DNA from: Bryobacterales bacterium
Lineage (GTDB): Bacteria > Acidobacteriota > Terriglobia > Bryobacterales > UBA6623
DNA length: 64,000 nucleotides
NCBI GenBank assembly: GCA_965217195.1
Contig: CBDCHL010000003.1
Span: 157,260-221,259 of the forward strand
Direction: 5' to 3'
In this document: in pieces, positions 9,922 through 16,955 of the stretch
Numbering within the stretch: position 1 is the first letter of the stretch
Layout of the letters: the number at the start of each line of letters is the position of its first letter
Notes under the pieces: model-generated
What the model was told of the DNA's origin: nothing
Seen by the model: the letters and a program-made list of their open reading frames with translations, nothing else
Database searches by the model: none
Program-made: the position numbers and the translations under genes

Positions 9922-11067
9922 ATGTCCGCGAAAACCAGATTCGTCGAAGACCTCCAAGCGGACGAGAAGGTCACGGACTTCTTCTTGGTGCAAACCAAGG
10001 ACGTGCGGCTGAAGAAGTCGGGTGATCCTTACCTTTCCCTCGTTCTGTCGGATCGAACCGGGCGGGTGGACGCGAAGATGTGGGACGACATCGAGGATGT
10101 CGTCGACACCTTCGGCAGCGGCGATTTCGTCAAGGTCGCCGGGTTCGTCCAGATCTACCGCATGAAGCCGCAGATCACGATCCAGCGGTTGCGCACGGCG
10201 GACGAATCCGAAGTCCGGATCAGCGACTATCTTCCTCACACGAAGAAGAACATTGACGAAATGTTTGCGGCGCTCAAGGCGCGCGTGGCGACTTTCGAAA
10301 ATGCGGATCTTAAGCGCCTGCTTGAATCGTTTCTGAACGACGAGGAAGTAGCAGAGCGCTTCAAGCGTGCACCCGCGGCAAAGTCAATGCACCACGCCTC
10401 TATCGGAGGCTTGCTTGAACACGTCACGTCATTGATGGGGCTCGCGGAACTGGTCGGTGGCCACTACGACTTCATCGATGTGGAATTGTTGCAGACCGGT
10501 GTCGTGTTGCATGACCTGGGCAAGATCTACGAACTGCGTTACGAGCGCACGTTTCAATACACGGACGAGGGACAGCTGCTGGGTCATATTTCGATCGTCC
10601 TGCGGTTGCTGGATCGAAAGTGCGCGGAGCTGCCTGATTTTCCGCCCAAGCTGAAGACGCTCGTCGAGCATCTGATTCTGAGTCATCACGGGAAGTACGA
10701 ATTCGGCTCGCCCAAGCTTCCGTCGTTTCCCGAGGCGCTGTTGCTGCACTACCTCGACGACACGGATTCGAAGCTCGAAAGCATGCGCGCGTCGATCGCC
10801 GCGTACCGCGAGGAAGACAGCGGCTGGACGCCCTACAACCCTTCGCTCGAGCGCAGCCTACTCAACAAAGAACGATTCCTGACGGGCCGCGGGCCCGACG
10901 CAGCCGAGGGCGCCCCCGCGCCGGACGGGGGGTCGCAACAAGTGCAAGGTAAGCCGCCGACCTCGGCCGCGCCGCCGGATCGGCCGAAAACCAAATCTCC
11001 GCGAACCTCGTCTTTGTTCGGCGAGCAACTCCAATCCGCGTTGGACACGCCGAAGAGCGAAGAGTAG
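9922..11067 (+). CDS. OB-fold + HD-domain phosphohydrolase (YhaM-like 3'-5' exoribonuclease family)
   Basis: The N-terminus is OB-fold-like (DFFLVQTKDVRLKKSGDPYLSLVLSDRTGRVDAKMWD). It is followed by HD motifs VVLHDLGK and ILSHHGKYEFGSP. Confidence 0.7.
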   Translation: MSAKTRFVEDLQADEKVTDFFLVQTKDVRLKKSGDPYLSLVLSDRTGRVDAKMWDDIEDVVDTFGSGDFVKVAGFVQIYRMKPQITIQRLRTADESEVRISDYLPHTKKNIDEMFAALKARVATFENADLKRLLESFLNDEEVAERFKRAPAAKSMHHASIGGLLEHVTSLMGLAELVGGHYDFIDVELLQTGVVLHDLGKIYELRYERTFQYTDEGQLLGHISIVLRLLDRKCAELPDFPPKLKTLVEHLILSHHGKYEFGSPKLPSFPEALLLHYLDDTDSKLESMRASIAAYREEDSGWTPYNPSLERSLLNKERFLTGRGPDAAEGAPAPDGGSQQVQGKPPTSAAPPDRPKTKSPRTSSLFGEQLQSALDTPKSEE

Positions 11068-11144
11068 CCTTTTGGTCTTGTGTTCCGCCTTCGCACGGGC
11101 GAAAATAGAGGAAATCCGCGCCGCCAGAGTTCCCTGCGAGATTC

Positions 11145-11540
11145 ATGCCCCCCGCCGGCACCGCCGAAGCTCCCCAACGCCTACTCCCCCCGCTCGAATT
11201 GGCGGCCATGAGATCGCTTTGGGCGCTGGAGCGCGCCACGGTGGCCGAAGTGCGGCAAGCCATGGAAGCGGAGCGCGAGCTGGCCTATACGACGGTCTTG
11301 ACTTTGCTCGACCGATTGGCTCGCAAAGGCGCGGTCTCGCGGCGCAAACACGGCCGCGGTTTTGTCTATGAACCCGTCCTCGCGCGTCAATCCGAACGCG
11401 ACCACGCCGTCGGCCGTTTGATCCACGAGCACTTCGACGGCTCGCGGCGCGAACTCCGCGCTTATCTCGACTCCGAGCCGGGGGCCTCGGATTCAGCGTC
11501 ACGATTGGAACCGGAACCGATCGATTCGGCGCTCCTGTAG
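11145..11540 (+). CDS. BlaI/MecI/CopY family transcriptional repressor
   Basis: 131 aa. It reads LELAAMRSLWALERATVAEVRQAM...AYTTVLTLLDRLARKGAVSRRKHGRGFVYEP, which is the winged-helix penicillinase-repressor pattern. Confidence 0.8.
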   Translation: MPPAGTAEAPQRLLPPLELAAMRSLWALERATVAEVRQAMEAERELAYTTVLTLLDRLARKGAVSRRKHGRGFVYEPVLARQSERDHAVGRLIHEHFDGSRRELRAYLDSEPGASDSASRLEPEPIDSALL

Positions 11541-11743
11541 CACTTGGCCCCGCTCGCTTGGGCGCCCCTTCCGGCTCGAAGAGACTAACCTCCGCGAAGG
11601 GCCTCGACGCCGCGGGTCCGCGGCTGCGGCGTGCTTGCTTGGCTCTCTTTCCGGCCATGGTTTGGAATAGGTGGCGCGAACTTCAGCTCATCTTAGCGTG
11701 ACGCCCGGAAACTGTTGCAATGGTTTTGCGGTTCCTCGTAACT

Positions 11744-11802
11744 CGGTTCACGGTTCACGGTTCACGGTTCACGGCTCACGGCTCACGGCTCACGGCTCAC
11801 GG
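11744..11802. repeat. 7-bp tandem repeat, (CGGTTCA)x4 then (CGGCTCA)x4
   Basis: Read directly: cggttca x4 (11744-11771), cggctca x4 (11772-11799), then cgg. Confidence 0.95.
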
Positions 11803-11937
11803 ACAACCTACCCCACCGTCACGTACCCCGGCGACACGAACCCATCACGCAAGCGTAGCGCAGGGCAGACCTGCGGCTTATTGCCGGCCCGCGAATTTGT
11901 CCGGCCCTCTCGGCTGGTCTCACGGCTCCTTCCGTCA

Positions 11938-12086
11938 CCGATCTCCATACCGTTTTTCTCCCTCGGGCTCCGTCCCCGATCTCGCCGATCTCGTCGCCGA
12001 TCCCTCCGATCCCCAGATCCCGCTCGAGGCTGGGTTCGGGCTCAGTCCCCGATCACCCCCCGATCACCCCCCCCGATCACCCTCCC
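11938..12086. repeat. C-rich low-complexity tract built on CCGATC(N) units
   Basis: Read directly: ccgatctcc, ccccgatctcg, ccgatctcg, ccgatccct, ccgatcccc, then ccccgatcacc x3. It abuts the reverse-transcriptase remnant. Confidence 0.8.
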
Positions 12087-12364
12087 CTGAGGCTCGCAAA
12101 GCACCCCGGCAAGACATTCATTGGCAGGATCGAAAAAGGCTTGACTTCCTGGGCTACCATTTCAGCCCACGGGGGCTGACGCCGGCCCGGCAGACGATTG
12201 AAAACCTTTTGGAGCGTGCTATCCGGCTTTATGGGCAAGAGCCGGGCGAGGAGATGGCTCCCGTCCGGCTTGGAGCGTACGTTCGGCGGTGGGAGGGTTG
12301 GGCGCGTGCAGGCTTAGACAATTGGATCGCCAATGAGCGGCCCATAGCCTTATCTGGCCGCTAG
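12087..12364 (+). pseudogene. 5'-truncated, frameshifted reverse transcriptase remnant (group II intron-like type)
   Basis: Frame 0 reads LRLAKHPGKTFIGRIEKG(L). Frame 2 continues (L)DFLGYHFSPRGLTPARQTIENLLERAIRLYGQEPGE...LGAYVRRWEGWARAGL to the stop at 12362-12364. Together they rebuild the RT motif-7 region ..hp.KT.i.....GFDFLGY.f if one T is restored in ggcttgac. No RT motifs 1-5 lie upstream. Confidence 0.6.
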
Positions 12365-12642
12365 GGCAAGACGGCATTCATCACGTCTTGACAACCATCG
12401 CCTTTCAAAAATTTCTTCCACCGCGCTGCGACCTTCCCGGTTATCTGATGTGTATGGTTGTGATTTGGCGCTCCTCCGCAATTGATGATGCCGGTAGAAC
12501 AAGATTTTTCTCCGGATCCGGCTTTCAGGAAGAGGCCTTGGAATTCGCACGCTGGACCTGCAGTTTGCGTGGCGATTAACACCACAGAGGGTATGCCACG
12601 CACGACAGCGCACCGTCTGAATATGATCCCCGTGGCGTTAGC

Positions 12643-13739
12643 TACTGAGTCTCGCATAATATACTGTCAATCGAGACAAAGAGAAGACTGTTTCCAGAAA
12701 GCGGTAATCAAGCGCGGTTTGCGGCGCATTCGCCGCAGCGCTTTGCGGGCGCGCTCGTCGAGTTCCCAGTAGTCCTTCGGGCAGACGTTGGGCAACTCGT
12801 GCTGCTTCCAGTACGCCCAAATGTATTCCACCGGGTTCAACTCCGGCGCATAGGGCGGCAAGTACTCCGTTGCGATGTGATCCTCGGAGAGCTGGATGAA
12901 CTCCCGCACCAGGCGGCTGCGGTGCGCCGGCAGCCGGTCCCAGACGATCAGCAGTGGGCCGTCGATGTGGCGCACCAAAGCCTTCAGGAAGTCGATGACC
13001 TCCAGCTCGCCGATCGCGCCGGGATAGAGCCGGAAGTAAAAGTTGCGCAACGTCAGCCCGGCCGACACCGACAGCTTGTCCCAGTTGAAGTTGAACTCCA
13101 ACACCGGTGTCTCGCCGCGCGGCGCCCAGGTGCGGCAACGATGCGGCTTCTGACTCAATCCGCTTTCGTCGATGAAGACGATCGTACGTTCTTCTTTGCG
13201 GGCTTTTTTTTAATGGCCGGCCAAGTCTTGCGCTGCCAGCCGCGGATGGCCTCTTCGTTGCGCTCCCGCGCTTTGCCGACGGGCCGTTGCGGGCTCCAAC
13301 CGAGCGCCCGCAGGATCTTCCAGACATGGCCCTCGTGATAGCGCACGCCGAACTCGTCTCCGATCAGACGAGCGACCCGCGGACAGCTCCACAGCGGCGT
13401 CGGGAAGCCGTGCGCCTCGGGGCCTTCCAGCAGCAACGCCTCGAGGCGTTCGAGCTGCGCGGCGTCCAACAGCGGCTTACGGCCGGCGCGGCCGGCCTGG
13501 CGCAACCCGGCTTCGCCGTCACGCCGGTATCGTCGCAGCCACTCGCTGACGCTTTGCCGCGCGACCTTCAATCGCCTCGCTGTCTCGGACTGACTACAGC
13601 CTTGCTCGACCAACCGGATCGCTTTGAAACGGCGCTTCTCCAGGGCCTCGAAATCCCGCCGTACGCCTTTTGTATTTCCCATACATACAAAGACGTACGT
13701 ACCCCAAAAAGGTGTCACTTTATTTTGCGAGATTCAATA
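12643..13739 (-). mobile_element. IS630-family insertion sequence, copy 1 (1093 bp between TA duplications)
   Basis: Imperfect terminal inverted repeats CTGAGTCTCGCATAATATACTG / (rc) TTGAATCTCGCAAAATAAAGTG. It is flanked by TA within a CTAG target (c-TA-[IS]-TA-g). It is identical to 42396..43492 wherever compared. Confidence 0.9.
12667..13682 (-). CDS. IS630-family transposase (HTH + DDE_3), two frames joined at an A8 slippery run
   Basis: The upstream frame is MGNTKGVRRDFEALEKRRFKAIRLVEQGCSQSETARRL...WPAIKKK. The downstream frame is (K)ARKEERTIVFIDESGLSQKPHRCRTWAPRG...VWDRLPAHRS...YAPELNPVEYIW. The frames overlap at A8 (plus-strand T8, 13204-13211). Confidence 0.85.
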
Positions 13740-14187
13740 GTATCTCATCGATGGTATCGTCGAAGTCATCTAAACATGTTGTTAACGGGGTCTGGGCAAC
13801 TGTCGTCGGAAGGACGCTCATGTACAACAACCCGCCCAATAACATCATCGTCATCCTCATTTTTTCATCTCCTCAATCGATACTGTACCCAGATTTCACT
13901 CATGGTTCAACCCACCAAGTCAGGATTTTCTTTGGTGGTTGTTGGTGGATCGCTCGTCCACAACCCACAGAAGCCCTGAATTTTGCCGCTACCGAGGTTG
14001 GGGAATCTCGGAAGTTGCGGCGTCTACCGTCACGTTTGAGGGTGGTCCCGGCGCCGGGCCGGCCTATGACTTAGTCGTATTGACTTTACCCCCCCCACCG
14101 TCTAAGGTTTAGGCTTGAGTTTCTGTACTGGGGTCCTCAGGGGGTCCTCATTGGCTCCGGCAAATTGGCTGTAGGGGGAGAAAACTC

Positions 14188-15228
14188 ATGAAATTCACTC
14201 GATATGGTCACGCAGTTCGTTGCTTGTGCGCTTTTGTCCTTTGTCTTGCGGTTCATGCCGCGGCGCCCCGGGCCCAAGGGGCCGACGCAAAAGTCGTGGT
14301 CGATCGCAGCAAGGATAACGTCGGCCAAGACACCTCCATCGTGCTCGACGGCTTGGGATTCCCGGTTGTCAGCTACCGGGACGCAACCAATAACAATCTC
14401 AAGGTCTTGCATTGTGCGCGGGCGAATTGTCGAGGGCGAAAGTCCATCACCTCCCCCGATACCGGCGGCAACGTGGGCCAGTACACCTCGCTGGCGCTCG
14501 ATGGCGCCGGCAACCCGGTCATTAGTTACTATTCCTCAGGAAATGGCAACCTGAAAGTGCTGCACTGCGATGATCCCAACTGTGTAGGCGACGAGAGCGG
14601 CAACATCAACTCCCCCGATACCGGCGGCAACGTCGGCCGGCACACCTCGCTGGCGCTCGACGGCGGCGGCAACCCGGTCATCAGTTACTTTGACTTCACA
14701 AATCTGTATCTGAAAGTGCTGCACTGCGATGATCCCAACTGTGCCGGCGACGAGAGCGCCAACATCAACTCCCCCGATACCAACGGCGACGTCGGCCGGA
14801 CCCCCTCGCTGGCGCTCGACGGCAGCGGCAACCCGGTGATTAGTTACTTTGACCAAACAAATCAGGACCTGAAAGTGCTGCACTGCGATGATCCCAACTG
14901 TGCCGGCGACGAGAGCGCCAACATCAACTCCCCCGATACCAACGGCGCCGTCGGCTCGTTCACCTCGCTGGCGCTCGACGGCAGCGGCAACCCGGTCATT
15001 AGTTACTTTGACGGCGGAAATCAGGACCTGAAAGTGCTGCACTGCGATGATCCCAACTGTGCAGGCGACCAGAGCGCCAATATCAACTCCCCCGATACCC
15101 GCGGCAACGTCGGCCAGCACGCCTCGCTGACGCTCGACGGCAGCGGCAACCCAGTCGTTAGTTACCGCGACCTCTCAAATCAAAACCTGAAGGTGCTGAC
15201 CTGCGATGATCCCAATTGCGCGAAGTGA
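14188..15228 (+). CDS. secreted protein of six tandem 53-aa repeats (possible six-bladed beta-propeller)
   Basis: A signal-like N-terminus is followed by 6 units of VGxxTSLALDGxGNPVISYxDxxNxxLKVLHCDDPNCxGDESxNINSPDTxG. The DNA period is 159 bp (CTGAA(A/G)GTGCTG at 14551, 14710, 14869, 15028, 15187). Confidence 0.8.
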   Translation: MKFTRYGHAVRCLCAFVLCLAVHAAAPRAQGADAKVVVDRSKDNVGQDTSIVLDGLGFPVVSYRDATNNNLKVLHCARANCRGRKSITSPDTGGNVGQYTSLALDGAGNPVISYYSSGNGNLKVLHCDDPNCVGDESGNINSPDTGGNVGRHTSLALDGGGNPVISYFDFTNLYLKVLHCDDPNCAGDESANINSPDTNGDVGRTPSLALDGSGNPVISYFDQTNQDLKVLHCDDPNCAGDESANINSPDTNGAVGSFTSLALDGSGNPVISYFDGGNQDLKVLHCDDPNCAGDQSANINSPDTRGNVGQHASLTLDGSGNPVVSYRDLSNQNLKVLTCDDPNCAK

Positions 15229-15511
15229 AGCTCGTGGGCCGGCCCCGCACCGGGCGTGGTCAGCGAAAGCTACCGGCCCACCGCTCTTGTGGTGAACGGT
15301 CCCGGTCTCACACCTTCGCCCACATCTTGATCCGCGTCGTGTTCGCGACGAAACAACAAGGCCCCGCTCTAGGGCTCCTGCCGCCGCTTCGCGGCTTAGG
15401 CAATTTGCGATCCGGCCGCGAACCGCCGGGGAGCGGCGACGTGGTTCGTCGAGGGCGAGCATCGTGCGATGCTCGGGGAGATGTCGCCCCCTCCCGAACC
15501 GCCCCCGGGGA

Positions 15512-15558
15512 TGTCGCCACGAGTGGCGACACGGCACGCTGAGAGCGTGCGCCACGTC
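15512..15558 (+). repeat. REP-like double-hairpin element, copy 1
   Basis: TGTCGCCA-CGAG-TGGCGACA (8-bp stem), then GCACGCT-GAG-AGCGTGC (7-bp stem), then GCCACGTCG. Its homologue is at 43975-44023. Confidence 0.7.
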
Positions 15559-15702
15559 GGGTTTCGATTGAGCTTGGCCGCACTTTTCGCTCGGCGGGTT
15601 GGGGTGGTTGGCCGAGGGTTGGGTTTTCACGGCCCGACGGTTGAGGTTGGTTTTGGTTTTGCTGGGTAGTGGTCCTTTTGGGAGTCGCCGAGGCTTGACG
15701 GC

Positions 15703-16551
15703 TTAGCCGCTTGGGATGGAGGACAGGCCTGCTTCTACTTTGCGCCTGATACGCTCGTCGGGCGGGTCCGGGAACTCCTTATTCTTCAAGGCGTTTACTA
15801 AAGCATTGGCTTCGTTCAGTAGCTTTTCGCGCAGCGCGACGTGGCGCGGGTCGCTAGCGCTCTTCGACACGGATGCGGGACCTTTGCGGCCGGCGATCGG
15901 AGTGGGTTGTGCCTGATTGACCGGGCCGTAGTCTTCCCGCGGGCCGTAATCTTCGATGACTTCGTCCCAAGCCGGTTCGCCGGCGGAGCGTGGACTTCCG
16001 TCCACGCCTCGGTCTCTGTTGGTTGCATCTTGGTTTTCCGCTTCGCGGAGTTTTCGGTCTTCTTTGCGGATTTTCATCATCAGCTCGACGGCGCGGTGGA
16101 GGCGGCGGTTCAGATGGCCGTCGTAGCGGGCCAGTTGGTTGAGGAATTGCGTCCCGCCGTACATCGATGCGCCGAGCAGTTGGAGCTTGCCTTCGTGTCC
16201 TTCCCGCATGCGCTCCGGGCGGTATGTTTGTTGATGAACGCGGGTCCTTTCGATCCCGGCGGTCATGACGGTGGCTTCGATACGGGAGAGACGTCGCATT
16301 CTCCACGCCGAGTCGGCGATTTGGAGGACGAGTTCTCTTTCGACGCAGTTTCGGGGGTTGTAGGTGTCCTCGTAAAGAGTGAGGTGACGGTCGAAATCGG
16401 CGGGATCTTCGCCGGGGATGACAGAGTCTAGGGCGAGCAGGCCGTGCTTGAGAGCGTTTTTGGATGAACGCTGCTTGCCCTCGGGTGTACGCGGTCCGGT
16501 AGATTGTTTTGCGTTTTTGCGATTAGCATTGATTTGTGCATTGGTTGCCAT
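15703..16551 (-). CDS. conserved hypothetical protein
   Basis: 282 aa. I recall the N-terminal motif NAQINANRKNAKQSTGPRTPEGKQRSSKNALKHGL as recurrent in uncharacterised proteins of several phyla. No function is known to me. Confidence 0.6.
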   Translation of the reverse strand: MATNAQINANRKNAKQSTGPRTPEGKQRSSKNALKHGLLALDSVIPGEDPADFDRHLTLYEDTYNPRNCVERELVLQIADSAWRMRRLSRIEATVMTAGIERTRVHQQTYRPERMREGHEGKLQLLGASMYGGTQFLNQLARYDGHLNRRLHRAVELMMKIRKEDRKLREAENQDATNRDRGVDGSPRSAGEPAWDEVIEDYGPREDYGPVNQAQPTPIAGRKGPASVSKSASDPRHVALREKLLNEANALVNALKNKEFPDPPDERIRRKVEAGLSSIPSG

Positions 16552-16574
16552 GAATGTTTACCTCAATTTCCTTG

Positions 16575-16659
16575 AAAAAAGGGGGACAGCCAGCCGATTT
16601 CCGGACTCCGCCGGCGTTGAAAGCAACGCAGTTCGACAGGCGGAAATCGGTGGCAGTCC
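16575..16659 (-). terminator. long imperfect hairpin followed by T6 on the minus strand (terminator- or attenuator-like)
   Basis: The arms are 16584-16603 (GGACAGCCAGCCGATTTCCG) and 16641-16659 (CGGAAATCGGTGGCAGTCC): 18 bp with one mismatch and one bulge. The inner stem is GCGTTG/CAACGC. On the minus strand the hairpin is followed by CCC-TTTTTT (16575-16583). It lies 24 nt upstream of the ATG at 16551. Confidence 0.45.
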
Positions 16660-16955
16660 GCGATTTTCACTCCGGGCAGGTTGCCCGTTAGTAGGATACG
16701 GCCGGTAGGGCGACTGAGTGGGGGTGGGGAATCGGTAAGTTGTTGGAGTTAAGGGAGAAATATTTCTTGAGTTGACGTGATGGTTTGGTGTCGCCGGTCT
16801 CCGTTTGCCCTCGGGAGGGGGAACCGGCCGCCGGGCCGGCGGTTCCTTGGGCCCCGCCCCCGCTATCTGTGAACCGGGCTCGCGCCCGAAAAAGCGGTGT
16901 GAAAAATGGGGACTCTCCCGAGCACAGCCCCTGAGTCGCGCGGCCCGGTTTGGGT

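Larger units (their letters stand above)
12361..13860 (-). pseudogene. small secreted Cys-rich protein gene interrupted by IS630-family insertion
   Basis: ATG 13860 is preceded by GAGGAG. It reads 41 codons (MRMTMMLLGGLLYMSVLPTTVAQTPLTTCLDDFDDTIDEIL) up to the IS. The same frame resumes at 12642 (ANATGIIFRRCAVV...GCQDVMNAVLP*) once the IS and one TA are removed. Confidence 0.8.

Noticed and set aside
11744-11802. A tandem repeat that might be mistaken for a CRISPR array or a telomere-like tract.
   Set aside because: The units are 7 bp and contiguous with no spacers, and no cas genes are present. It is a simple microsatellite-type array.
12638-13327. Arg-rich ORFs inside the IS copies (12638..13327, 12799..13338, 13287..13979 and their twins at 42301..43080, 42552..43091, 43040..43819).
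   Set aside because: These are alternative-frame or antisense readings of the transposase gene in GC-rich DNA. Only the HTH and DDE frames show transposase motifs. The 3' part of 43040..43819 is real, but it belongs to the interrupted CpxP-like gene.
14536-15120. 194-aa minus-strand ORF with its own internal repeats.
   Set aside because: It is the antisense image of the 159-bp repeats in the 14188..15228 gene. The plus-strand frame has the start, the signal peptide and a coherent repeat consensus.
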